A stretch of DNA of 64,000 nucleotides, taken from NCBI GenBank assembly GCA_027604505.1, contig JADIIX010000037.1:1-64000 (forward strand). The letters run 5' to 3'. Shown here in pieces: positions 12,909 through 25,395 of this stretch. The position numbers and the translations under genes were made by a program. Position 1 is the first letter of the stretch, and each line of letters begins with the position of its first letter. The notes under the pieces were generated by a model. The model searched no databases and was not told the DNA's origin. It worked only from the letters and a program-made list of their open reading frames with translations. This stretch comes from Gonapodya sp. JEL0774 (lineage: Eukaryota).

Positions 12909-14400
12909 ATGATGGCCACACTACCAAAAGTCGCTCACGCAATTATCACGAAAAAAGCTGGTCCAGCTGCGGAAGTCCTATCTTGGGAGGAAGTAGCGGG
13001 ACCGGAACTCAAACCCGGGACAGTTGTGATCCAGATTGCGGCAGGTGCTTATTCTTGGTCGCTTCTCTCACTCAATATGTTAATCCTCGACATCAGCCTC
13101 TGTGAATCCTGTGGACTTCAAGGCACGTGCGGGCAACATCCCATTCGTGAACCCTCCAAAGGTTGGAGGTGGTGATGTCGCAGGTACTGTAGTTGCGTCC
13201 TCTGTGGAAGGATTTGCTACAGGAGATCGCGTCTTTGGAAGACTGAAGGACTGTGAGTCGTTATTGGAGAGAATTCTTAACTCCTGTCCACGTCTCACTA
13301 TGTTCTTCAACTTGGAAGGGGGGGCCCACCAGGAGTATGTTGTTCATGATCCCTCGGATTTGGGAATCGCCAAAATGAGTCCCTCACTGTCATTTGAGGA
13401 GGCAGGAGGCGCCGCAATATGTGCGCTCACTGCTTATTATGTGCGTGGGATGCAAGTTCCCGACATTTGGTGTGGATCAAAAAGTTTTAATGTCACAAAG
13501 TAGGGTCTGGTTGTCAATGGTGGTCTGAGTGCCGATGCACATCATGAACCTGGTAAAGGTGATGATGCTTTGCTGTGACAAAGCGTGCGTTGTGTCCAAT
13601 ACCGCTCATCGTGGGCAAATGCAGGACCCAGGGTGCTCATCGTCGGAGCCTCCGGCGGAGTGGGGCATTTGAGCGTCCAGATTGCGAAAAGTTGTCTCGG
13701 GGGTGATTCTGATTCGATTGATTTTCATTGATAGAATTGTCATTTTATCAGAGACATTTGTTCAGCATCTTTTGTTGTGGGAGTCTGCAGCTCGAAAAAT
13801 GCTCCATTTGCAAAACAGCTTGGATGCGATGAAGTAATTGAATACGATAAGCCAGAGTATCGAGATATCACGAAGTTGACAGCGCTGAAACCGGAGTGGA
13901 AGGAGGTGAGTTCTCTATGAATTGCTCTTGGGGCTGTTATTGACGTTTTGTGCCCATTATGTGCAGTCCTTTGATGTCATCTACGACACTATTGGAAATG
14001 ACCTCTTTTACTCTCCCCTAGGCTCCTTCCTGCTCCGTCCAAAGGCACCTTATGTGACTGCTGCCGCCCCAGTTGATGGTGCTGGGGCGAAGAAAGTCGG
14101 ATTGCTAGATGTGGCGGGGTTGATGGGGAAGTTGTCATACCGAGCTGTTTTCGGAGCAAGGCCATTCAAAATGGTCATCCCTACAAACAATGAGTGGGGG
14201 AGAGTTGCCGGCTGGATCAACGAGGGCAAGGTGAATTTCCCGGCTTAATTTCAAATGTTGCTGTGTTTCTCATGGAGAATCCGGCACCCAATCAGATCAA
14301 AGTCCATGTGCAAGAAACAATTCCATTGAAGGACGCTGCCAGGGCGCACGACCTGGTTGCTGCGGGAAGGGTGGTTGGCAAAGTCATACTTGTTGCATGA
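12909..14400 (+). CDS. Medium-chain dehydrogenase/reductase (NADPH:quinone reductase, RTN4IP1-like), multi-exon
   Basis: Motifs NPVDFK, GGDVAGTVV, GDRVFG, LSFEEAG, VLIVGASGGVG (Rossmann), FDVIYDTIG, GRVVGKVIL* joined across GT-AG introns. Confidence 0.9.
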
Positions 14401-14554
14401 AGTTTAGGTAGTGAAGGGATCCGCTGGTAATTTTTTGGTTGTTTTGTACTGTTTAACGGTCAATAATAGGAGGGAAGCGATTTTCTCTTGTTGAATGAAG
14501 GGCAGGCACTCACTGTTGAATGAACGTACTTTCAGCACGGTCTCAATTTTTTCC

Positions 14555-17308
14555 ATGGGCAAGAAGTCCAAAAGATTCATCGATCGTCGGACTGCACGTC
14601 ATTACAAGGTTGTCCATCGATCACAGCGAGATCCTGCCCTCGCGGATGACAGCGCTTCACGATTCGTGCTTTTGGAAACTAATGTTTCACCGAATCTCGC
14701 TCGAGTAAGTTCTTCCACAGATTTTGGCCCTCGAAGTCAATTTTCGATCAGAGAAAAGGCGGATATGAGGGCGTGCGCTGCTCGAACTGACGTACAGTGT
14801 GCTTCTTCCCAGAAACAGAAGTTGAATGGTGTGAATGCTTCAGAAACTTTCGGTCACAATGAACCACAGGACTTCGAAGAAGATGGGCATAGACTTATTG
14901 TTAGGCCTGATGGTCGAGGTGTTGACAGAGGTCCAGTGGAAGACGATACGGACGATGATGGATTGGAGGATGAGTTCAGTGGTGGAGAGGACGAGGCATC
15001 TGACAACGGCAGTCGATTCGATGATGCGGAAGAAGAGGATGATATCGAAGAAGAGGATGATATCGAAACCAGGCGCTGTGTCGACTCCGCGGCACCGGAG
15101 CACCAGTTGAACAATTTGGTGAAGAAGGTTGAGCTTCCGCGCGGTTGGTACATTCCGAACACAGTAAAGGTTGAGATACACTGCGATTGACACGTTTTGC
15201 TGTTGTAGCTGGAGCATCAACAGAACAATCTTCTCACAAAGGAGACACTCGGCGTGATGTGGGTAACGTCGGCTCCGCGGCCTTGCATGGTATCTTCTTT
15301 CCGGATCTTGATTATGACTACACTCGCCACCTACGACCGATTGGTATGGAACCTGGAGGTGTGTTTTTGCCACGGAAGCTGACACAAGTGGAAGTGAAGG
15401 CTGAAGAGAAAGAGCGGGGCAAAGTGCGGTTCAAGGACGAGGTGCCGTCTGAGGCTTTGCCCTCAAATTGGGAGGAGGAGATCGGAATGCTTAATCGTGG
15501 AGCGCCTGGAGAAGCAGATCCAATTTTGGCGGATCCGCGTGTGCGAGAGGCGCTGTACGCGCTCGAAGATGAGGCGTATGTTGTTCGCACGATTGTACCA
15601 CGAAGAACCCAGAAGCGAACCACAGCTAGTGGGGTGGACTCCGTACCAGCTTTGCATGTGGTTGATGCGGTGGCCGAGAAAGGGGACGTTCCGAGGCAAC
15701 TTGACTTTGATATTGATGATGAGGATGACCTCGCAGCCGCTGCCGACAACGAGGATGAAGCTGAGTTCGATGAAATGCTGCGACAGCTTGACGAAGAAGG
15801 CTCCCACTGTGAGAACGGAGAGGATGATGATGTTGCTGGATGGTTCGATGAACGAGATCCGAGATATGAGGACGTTGATGGTGAAGGTGACCGTCAAACC
15901 GACTGGCTCCGGGAATTCGGGAAATACAAGCGTGCAGTAGCTGCGGGAACTGTGACTGCTGGCCCATCTCAGGGCGAAAGTGATTCTGGCGGACCGGAAC
16001 ACGGTGATTCTTCGGGCGATGACGAAGCGTCAGACGCGAAGTCTGCTCACAGGCCACGATATTCGCGTCCGGGCACTCGGACGCTCGACGACCTTCGCTC
16101 TGTTGGCACAGGCCTGAGCATGACGAGTGCAGCAGTCGAAAGAACACGGTGGTTAAGAGATGTTGACGAGAAATTCGATAAGGTGAGCCCCCCGTATAGA
16201 TGTGATTTGGCAAGGATTACGTTGAGCACCGAACCGGACCGTGTTCACCACCTTTGTCGCACCTGTGCTTCGCTCTGTCCTTCCACGTGTTAAATCCACT
16301 GAACACTGAATGACATTTCCAATACCATTACTTGCACTTTATTGATATCACATTTTCGGACTACCTGAATAGATTTTGGACGATTATGATGACCGCCAGG
16401 TCGGCGAGCTCGATCCTCGAGGTATTCGAGGCATTTTCAGTGACAAACCGGCTCCACCTCCAGCTTTGGGGCTTTGTGAACCAAACACGACTGTTGTAGA
16501 TGCCGGTGAGGCTGATGACAGCGATTGGGAGGACGAGTGCAATCAAGATGCGGGTAGTGATGTTGGAGAGGGCAATCTCGGACAGACAACCCCGCTACCC
16601 CCCAGCATTGATCGTGTACTCGACGAGTTTCTTGCCATGGAATCATCGACTACTGCGAACCGCCGCGGTGCAGAGAAGACCGGTGACTCGTTTCGTGCGG
16701 CCGCAGCTGAGCAACTGGAGGCAGTGCGAGCGGATCTCCGAGGCTCTTTGCTGCTTGCTGACATACAGAGTGCTGTAATTGCGGAGGAGCCTTATGCAGA
16801 GGAAGTCTTCGTCGACGAGCGGTCAGATGTGGAATCAGATGGTTCCCGCGGTCGCTGGGATGTACAGACTGCTCTCACGGCGTACACCAATATTTACAAT
16901 CGGCCGACTGTGGTGAGGGAAGGTGCTGCGCCTAGAAAGAAACGTGGCTTGGATGGCCTCGAGGGAGAGCGCGTCGTCGTGAGCGGCCGAATTGCAGTGG
17001 TGGAGGTGGTGGAGGTAGATCCCCGAACTGGAATGCCAGTTGTCGCTGGCACGATGAAAAGCGGGGGTCGTTTGGAATCGCAAACGAATACCTCGGTTGC
17101 GCCAGCCCCAGATACGGTCACCCAGGATTCGAGTGAGCCTGAACAACCGAATCGGCTTCTACTTCCCCCAAGAATGAAGGAAGAAACGGCAGAAGAAAAG
17201 CGTGCAAGGAAGGAAGCGGTCAAATTGATTAAACGAGAGAGGAGGGAGGAGAAAAAAGCTTCAAAGGAAGCATGGGGGAGGGAGCGGAGACGGGCTGGGC
17301 AACGTTGA
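14555..17308 (+). CDS. LTV1: LTV1 40S ribosome biogenesis factor, multi-exon
   Basis: N-terminal KRFIDRRTARHYKVVHRSQRDP; GIFFPDLDYDYTRHLRPIG; SMTSA; WDVQTALTAYTNIYNRP; ETAEEKRARKEAVK. Confidence 0.93.
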
Positions 17309-17820
17309 CTTGTACAGCGTTACATGAGGATGCACGAACGGAAGTGAGTTGCTCGTCTTCCATAGATCTAATCATAGTTGATGTTTGATGAGGCACTGCA
17401 CGGTATCCTGTATTCAAATTATCCGTACCGTTCGTACTTTGAATTACCAATCTCTGTGGTTCCAAGCGCATTTCGAGGCGTTGCCTACTTTAGTACATAT
17501 CTAAAACTACAAAAAAAGTGCCGAGGGACATCAGCTCGACATAACATGTGACAGGGCCAACGCAACGACAGACTGAAGCCTCAAGCAATCATATTATTAT
17601 TCCTTCTTGCTCTTCTGTACTGAACGAGAAACTGTTTTTACCCTGCTCTTTTCGCCGCGAAACTACAATTCCAATATGTGCATTACGATGGTATCAGAGC
17701 TTGAACCAGGTGATGACATTTTAATTTTGTGGGCAGGTAGTGTGCCTCAGTTCCCGATAAGGGTTATCCCGGACCTCCAGTTGAAATTCTTTCTCCACTC
17801 TGTACACTTCCCGATAACCG

Positions 17821-20800
17821 ATGGAGGCAATATTTGGCGTAATTGCAGAGGCCGAGGTTCAACAAGAGATTCAAGAGGAGCGGAGGGAACGGACCCGCCG
17901 CAGACGGTCATTGTCACGACGTCGATCGAATGAGCAACAACAGAGATCTACACACCATCAGAGTCATCCGTGGGTTCTCACAACTAGAACTCCATTTTTG
18001 AATCAATATATTGATTTTCTTGTTTCTCGATCGTGGATTGTGTCCCTGTAGAGATGGATCGGACAAAGTTTACGGTGGTTCGAAGACACCAGACGATGCT
18101 GGCCCTCCAGATGATGTCATACTTCCCATTGAAGATCCAGGTGCGCTATCTCATCAGCTACTGTTCCCGATCATCATCTTCTGACGTGCACTGTTCCCTG
18201 GCCTAGCAGTTGATGACGAAGTCGAAAATCTTCGAGAGAAACCGAGCTCCAACAAGGCAAAGCCATTCTCTCATAAAGTCAAAGCAATGGTGGACTCGGG
18301 GATGGAAGGTGTTCACAGTGCTAGCGAGGAAAATCCCGGTCAACAAGGGGAGAGCGACACAGGAGTTTACACAGATAGTCATGAATCCGACGGCGATGAG
18401 ACGTCATCTTTCAACCCAACTGGAGGTTTTGGACCCTCGTACGGTCATCCATTTTTCGCGGCACCCACCATGACCAGCATAACGGGCAGCCACTCCCCAG
18501 ATGGTCCCGGTCACGTGGGATTCTCTGGAGAAGCGCACGGCCATCACCACGGATCGCACCTTGGCTTGGCTCCGAAATCACCGCGAGAAATTCAAATTGA
18601 AGAGAGAGCCAAGCGACTGCCCTTATGGAGAAGGGATATTCGAACATTCATGAGGGATCACAAAAGCAGTCGGTTAGCTCACATTTTCCATTGGATTTTT
18701 GTTGCAGCGGTTATCGCGAGCTCCATAACCATGGTGCGTGCGTAGGAAATTTCAGCTGGTGACAAATGCTAATCGGTGACTACCTCAGTGCTTGGCAACT
18801 ATTCCCTCAGTTGCAGCGTCTTCAACTGCACACGCAACCATATTTTTTATTGAACTCTTCTGTGGTATTATTTTCAGTATTGAAATCGTCTTGGAGCTAC
18901 TTGCTATGGTATGATTCGTGATCGGATTCAAATGTGAACGCCTATGAGTGATAGTTTTGATTATAGGCATCACCGTGGGAGCTCATCTCGTGGACATTTG
19001 TCATTGACGTGTGCGCTACAGTGCCGGTAAGTTGTAACCAGGTCGAGGACCCACACCATCATTTCCGCTCACTTTCCAATTTACAGATTTGGGCAGAGCT
19101 GATCTACACCCTAAGCATTGGGGTGAGTCCTCTCCAAACGACTACTGGTGTCTCAACTCTTGCAGTTCTCAGAGTCTTGCGGCTTATGAGAGTATTCCAA
19201 TTGTTGATGATTGCGGGGCAGAGGTAAGAATTTGTCATCGCACGTTCGGCAACTGCCGCTAACAAAATCGATTGATCTCAGTTCCAAAATCCAGTTGATG
19301 TTTGGTACGTAATCGTGTAGTGATCATATTCGAATCAGAACCGATTGATGTTTCGCTTTCAATCCCAGCGGCGCTGGTCGAATCAAGCAACGGAATTCTC
19401 GCATTGGTGTATGCATTGTTCATCCTTGTCACGTTTTTTGCGACGCTATTATACTACGCGGAACAAACCGGTGAATACAGTAAAGAGGGCTTATTCTATT
19501 ACCATGAGGATGACAGGTGAGTGCCCTGTCTCAACTGCTGTTAATCATACCAGAGGTAACCCCTCAACCATTGCTGGCATGCATAGTTTGAGTAGCTTTA
19601 ACAGTATTCCACAAACATTTTGGTTTGTTTTGGTGACCTTGACTACGGTGGGTTCATAAGAAAGTTCTGTGCCCAACCTCAAATGATTTCACTGTGGCTA
19701 CCCCACAGATTGGCTACGGTGATGTGACCCCGAAAACGTCCCTGGGCAAGTTTGTTGCATCTGTGGCGATTCTTTGTTCGCTGTGAGTTCTCTGAGTGTT
19801 TCGTGAATGAGGCAGTTCCAGTTGAGACCCAGTTGACACCATCTGCCAGATTTGTCATAGCTTTCCCACTTACCATGATCACGTTTGTGAGTACATCTGC
19901 GATTGTTTTGACGCACGAACTGGGGGTTTGTGATTCAATTATCATGCTCCTGGACAGCAATTCTCGCACATCTTGCGCCGATGGGAGGCGAACAACCACG
20001 CAAAACAGGTGAGCTTCGACTTTCCATCAGCCAACGAGATGAATTGAATAGCGATTGTCTTGAAAAGCTCCGACGAAAGCATATGAAAGCCGCAGCGAAG
20101 GAAGCACGGAGGAAACTTCGCGAATCGGGACTCGACCCCACAACTCGACGCAAAAGGCGCATTGCTGACTTTGTTGAGAAGGTGGAACATGCGGTTGAGC
20201 ACGCAGTCGAGAAAGTAGAGCATGTAGTCGAGAATGCTCAACATGTTGTGGAGCATGCGCTTCACATTGATCACGCGTCGACTGATCACGTTGACCAATC
20301 TAAGGACGAGTCTTTACTTGCGGGGATGAAAACGTCCTCATCTAACGTGAAAGAAACCATTGGTGTGGAACCTGACGTCGACGATACAGTACCGTTTGGA
20401 AAGCGAATAAGTGATCAGACCCTGAATCCCGGCGAAGGTGGAATGAATGAGCTGCAAGGTGAACATTCGATGCCAATCCCAAGTCTGGAACATGACGACT
20501 CCATGAGGGAGACAGCCGTGGACGCTCTGGCGGAAACTCAAGACACAAGCCAGGACACTACGGCCGATGCTGCGCCTGCCGGTGTTCCCCATCGGGTGTC
20601 TTCTGCTCGAGGTAAACTCAGAGCTCTCGCCCTTTTCCGTGCGGCAGGAACTCGTGGAGCTCCTCTGCCTACTACAAGTGCTGGGGATTCGGTCGACAAT
20701 CCGATTAGCTCGATAGCTAATTCCCCACCGCAGCTCACTTCGCCCAGATCCGGGATTACTCCCTCCCACGCGTCAGATGGAATCAAGAGTCTCGTTCCCC

Positions 20801-21543
20801 ATATTCCACACATTCAGTTGTTTCCGGACGCTCCAAAGGAGAATAGTGCTGCAGACTTAGCCACACCTACGATTGCAGACGAACTTCTGCGCCCTTCACT
20901 TTTGGATACATATCCTGGCTTGGACGCTCATGCTCATCCTTATCTGCATACAAGGCATTTGTCATTGGTAGGATTTGAACATCCTCAAGGAACGGAAGGC
21001 GCCGGCGAACCCAGCGTAGATGAGGCCCGCAGTGCACGTTCCTTCCGAAACCATCACAACCACGACACTCGTCATCTGCCGACAAGTGGGCGAGGCATCA
21101 CAAATCTTCCAACTCCCCCTATGGACCTCATACTGGCTGATCCGATCATGGCTGTCCGGCAGGGACACCCCTCCTCTCCGGCGCAGGACTTGGCGCAGTA
21201 CAACCTTCCGGCGCAGATCCCTCTGCCTCAGCTCGTGACTCAGCTCGGTTCTCATATTCCAAAGCACGTTGAGTTGAAGGTTTGCGGTGAGTTGTCATTC
21301 ATTCCGTTGGAGGTGGCGAATGTCTCATTGGCAGTTCTTGCATACGTGGAAGACTTCGAACATTGGTACACTGGAGACGACGACATGGTACGTCCGAGTC
21401 TGGCTACGGAGAAGGATTGCAATATCACGTTAACCCATTACCCTCCCATGCACACTCCAGTTGAATGTCAAAATTGCTGTCCGCGATCAGCATCAATTTT
21501 TGACTCTCTTACGTATTCTGATGCAGTATCAAGTCCTTGACTA
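17821..21543 (+). CDS. Voltage-gated K+ channel (6TM Kv, Shaker-like core, no T1 domain seen), multi-exon
   Basis: Pre-S1 SSRLA; S4 LAVLRVLRLMRVFQL; S5 FATLLYYAE; pore FNSIPQTFWFVLVTLTT|IGYGDVTP (TTIGYGD after splicing); S6 FVIAFPLTMI; long cytoplasmic tail. Termini approximate. Confidence 0.9.
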
Positions 21544-22374
21544 ATCTATTTGAACTTAGGAATCCGCGTAACTTCTTCCGATATCTCGTCGGTAACTAAT
21601 GGCCATTCGGGAGGGATGGAAGTTGACAGAGTGCTCTTTGTTAATTCATCTTCTTGTGTAATATTTCACCACTGGATATCATATTTTCGTAGTTTCTGTC
21701 ATCTGTAATAATCAACAATCTGTTTGGAGTGCAAAAACAAAAGGAAAAGGAAAGAAATAAAACTACAACTGGTCCGTAAATATTCACTTTATTTGAGGTT
21801 TGCCTTTTCATTGTGCAACTGACATATCTTTACAGTAATACAATACCCGCAGGGCCTTCAAGTGCGCAAAAGCGCAGGAAAGACCGTCGATTTGAATGAA
21901 ATAGGATGACTCCAATGTGCAAATAGCTTTTAGCTTCAAAATTTATTTACAGATACAATAGAATGTAATAATGGGAAGCTTATTTGGAGATTGTGATGGA
22001 TGGTTGGAGTACTTACCTGGTGATGCAAGTGTGAATGGTTTTGCATATGTGAGAACCAGTGGGAAGCAGGTGCACCAGAAAAAGGAAATATAAATACCGC
22101 ATTTCTACCGCCCTACTGGACCCCAAGACAAAACATCCCCTTCCATAGTCATATCAGCAATGACAAAATTGTGGTGTTATCATCAAAGGTCCGTCGGTGG
22201 CATTGGGTGATGAGCGTACGATAGCTCCGAGAAAGGAAATTGCTGCAGTAACACAGCAGTATTGGGCAGTATGGGGACCAGACCTGGTAGGAAGCCACTC
22301 TCTGCAAAGAGAAGGATTCGAAGGCACCATTACAATGCACTAGGGTCCCAGTCTGCGCGACACGATTACCACAG

Positions 22375-22728
22375 GTGCGTTGTGCCACCTCGCCCGCAAC
22401 AGAAAGGGACCCATCTACCACTGAAACTATCTATCTCAAGGAGATTCCGAATGCAGAAACGGACGGTCACATATGCGACCTACTCCACAAACTCAAAGAT
22501 ACAGATATCATCTGGGTCAAATGTGGAGACAACCTCCGAAGGAAGCGAGAGGCCTGTTTCATTGTTTTCATTTACGGCAGAGATGATGTTCTCGGCAGCG
22601 CATTTGCACTTTGTGAACGATTTTTCAACTTGTCCAATAATACCAATAACAAAAATCCGCTTTGCAAAGTTGTTGAAAATGTTCTTGACTTTGGTTTAAT
22701 GTACTTCTTGTTACGCTGTACCGTGTGA
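22375..22728 (+). CDS. Possible RRM-like domain exon or fragment
   Basis: TIYLKEIP (RNP2-like) and REACFIVF (RNP1-like) at RRM spacing, preceded by a cag acceptor. No full gene model. Confidence 0.25.
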   Translation: MRCATSPATERDPSTTETIYLKEIPNAETDGHICDLLHKLKDTDIIWVKCGDNLRRKREACFIVFIYGRDDVLGSAFALCERFFNLSNNTNNKNPLCKVVENVLDFGLMYFLLRCTV

Positions 22729-23869
22729 AGGGGGGCCCAACATTCTTTTCTATGATCTGATCTGAATAGGGGATAGCGATCTTTCAAAAGCATAGTGTGT
22801 GCATCTTACTACCCTCAGCGCGTAGCTCTCATATTGTTTACTGTTCGGATTCGCAAGTACGAGTCTGTTAGTGCTCTCCGTCACTTGGAATGAAGTCTGG
22901 CGGGTGGACAAATTGGGACGAGAGTGCTGTGCTACAAAACCGACCCTCCCCAGCCGTGTGGCCATTCAATTGTGTGCAGGAGAAACGATTTGAATTAACA
23001 TTCAAATTGACAAACGCGAACGAAGAAAGAACAAACGCCATATCAAACCTCTCATCAAGCTCGGGTGCACTCCCCAGTTAAGTTCTCCCAGCGCAGAGTC
23101 CTTCCCGTGAAGCGCGTTCGCCCTCTTTTGGTTCCGCACACAGTTGGGTGTCTCCTTGGTCTCATGATTCTCCGTTGCTCCAAAAGCAGAAAGTTATATG
23201 AGACGGGGAGTGCATGCAATTACACTTGTGGGTGTTCGCTTGTGCATTCAATAGGCATTCATTGCATTCTGATGAACAACCTCGAACTGCGAAACTCCCC
23301 ACTAAGAGCAGCCCGATTCATTCCGTGGCATCGCCGGATTGAAGAACCGACAAAGCAGACTGAGAAGTGAGGGACCTTGAAGATGAGAAAGTGATTGATG
23401 ATTCGCGGTACATAACGTTGATTTGCCACCGGTTAGTGAATGGAGGTGTGGGTTTTAATTGAGTGAGAGCTGCGATATGAGTTTGTCCCATTTGGAGGCT
23501 GGACCAACACCACCTCGATCAAACCGCTCCGTTCCAAGAATGAAACGCAGAAGACAAGATTCATTGACACTAGAGCTGCTCGTTCATCTGGCGCAGAAAC
23601 ATATTATGGGATTTCTGCGTCAAACGTGTGCTCCAAATCATGTAGTGATTGAGACTCCAGGATGAATGTTGACACCACCCACCCCAGACCACCCCAAAGA
23701 GCCACCTCAAAATTCTCATCTGGGCTGTGGCAAAGCATCCGAAGCAGAGACCACCCCATTGATTTGCGTACCCCCCGATTCTGTTATGCGTCCCCTGGTT
23801 CATTGCTGTGGACATCGTCGGCTCGCACTATTCCGAAACTGAAATCCGCACACGTTTGACGTATCCAAC

Positions 23870-24819
23870 ATGCCGGACGAACCACCAGACACACTACCCT
23901 GGCCTCAACGCCAGCAGATGCTCTCTACGATTGCGATGCCTCCCCTCTCATATCTGGCAGATATCGAGCTCACTGATCACCTGTCCTTGACCTCTTCCAC
24001 AACCTTTAAAGCTGGGGAGCTTTGGGTCGAGCGGCCCTGCGTGATCATGGTCGTCAGACGACCTGGATGATCCTTGTGCAGGGGTGAGCATCGTGATCGG
24101 CTGTGTCTTTCCGACTATGTGTCCAACTCCCTTCCGAATGCACCGCGCTCCTCTTTCCGACGTATTTTGTATTTGCCCTCTTGTAGAGGAGGCTCTTGGC
24201 CTTGCCTCGAAGCGAGACGAGCTCTCCCGCATGGGTGTTGACATGTTCGCTGTGGTGCATGAGGAGTTGAATTCGCGAGATTTCAACGAGAAGTATTGGA
24301 AAGGAAATCTTTTCTTGGATTCTGACAAAGGTTCGTGACTCAACGGTCTACTGACACTGTCGGTAAGTACAATGGCCACTTACTCTCGATTTCGAATGAA
24401 GGTTTCTACAGAGGCATTGGATATCCAAACCTGTACTGGGGCAGCATGTCAGACCTGAATCTCCAAGAAGTAAAGGATAATGGAGCTCGCGCAGCCCAGA
24501 AGGGCGTACCGATGAACTACGAAGGACAGGGTCTGTGAGTGAGCGTTCTCGGTTGTTTGCTGCGCTGTTAGATATCTCACACGATTGAATGGCTGCATGC
24601 AAGAATCATGGGCGGATTATTCGTAGTTTCTCGTCAAGGTATCCACTACCGCTTTATCGAGCGGATTTTTGGTGCACACGCTCCCCTAGAAGGTGGGTTC
24701 CAGTGTGGAAGTCGCCACATTCCCGTTTTCCCCCCATTCTTACCTGCACTATGACCGAAACAGAGGTCATGGAGGCTGCGAAGGTTGCCGTGAACGCACT
24801 GGGCCAGCCGCGCATATGA
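23870..24819 (+). CDS. SELENOU: Selenoprotein U (PRXL2A/FAM213A, AhpC-TSA_2 family) with in-frame TGA read as Sec
   Basis: Exons 23870-24083, 24187-24330, 24402-24534, 24604-24692 and 24764-24819, all GT-AG. They give ...FKAGELWVERPCVIMVVRRPG(U)SLCREEALGLASKRDELSRMGVDMFAVVHE...LFLDSDKGFYRGIG...NYEGQGLIMGGLFVV...GIHYRFIERIFGAHAPLEEVMEAAK..., with TGA at 24068-24070. The start codon is tentative. Confidence 0.92.
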
Positions 24820-24880
24820 ACGCGCCGAGCGTCCCAGTGACGACGAAGTTTCTCTTGTTTCCATATCACTGTCCTATCCT

Positions 24881-24956
24881 TACGTATGAAGACCGTCAGC
24901 TGGAAAAATGTACTGCCCTTTTTCTGTGGTGGACAGGCGGACAAGTCTGAGATGCA
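24881..24956 (+). promoter_or_regulatory. SECIS element (type II-like) in the SelenoU 3' UTR
   Basis: ATGAA at 24886-24890, a 13-nt helix arm, AAAAA at 24904-24908, an apical mini-stem (TGT-ACTGC / GTGGT..ACA), and a return arm ending GTC-TGAG at 24945-24951 that completes the GA quartet. Confidence 0.8.
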
Positions 24957-25395
24957 AACTTTAGCTTGAGTTTGTCAAGGAACAGTGACGGTGATAAGGC
25001 ATTCAGGGGGTTTCTATAAGCAATATATAAGAATGCAAAGACGCCAACGATGATGCACTCATGAAATCTTGGTGTTGGGAACCTACACATATTCGCCATC
25101 TTCGCTGTGTGAAATCAGGCAGCCGGAGGGAGATTACCACATCTTGAACACCCGTCTTATTCCGCCAAAAGCAATTACCAAGTCAATTGAGAGTGAGTGA
25201 GTAGATGAGATGCGCTCATTGGCAGGGATCGATCTGCTGTGTCGGTTCATGATGAAGACATTCTGATTCCACCCATCTGGTCACATTCCTCCCTCTCACG
25301 CCATCACCATCATGCAGCTACATCATCTTTCTACTGGGATCTGCATCCACCTATTTTGCTCTCCTCCTCGGTTGTAAAGTCTCTCGGGGTTGAAG

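Noticed and set aside
15028..15066. 18-bp tandem repeat in LTV1 (EEEDDI x2)
   Set aside because: Ordinary slippage in an acidic low-complexity region.
22009..22180. TACTTACCTGG resembling the U1 snRNA 5' end
   Set aside because: No U1-70K loop, U1A loop (ATTGCAC) or Sm site follows. It is better explained as a minus-strand splice donor (CAG|GTAAGTA) or chance.
24068..24070. SelenoU TGA as a nonsense mutation (pseudogene)
   Set aside because: It is the only lesion, it falls exactly at the known Sec position, all splice sites are intact, and a SECIS-like element follows.
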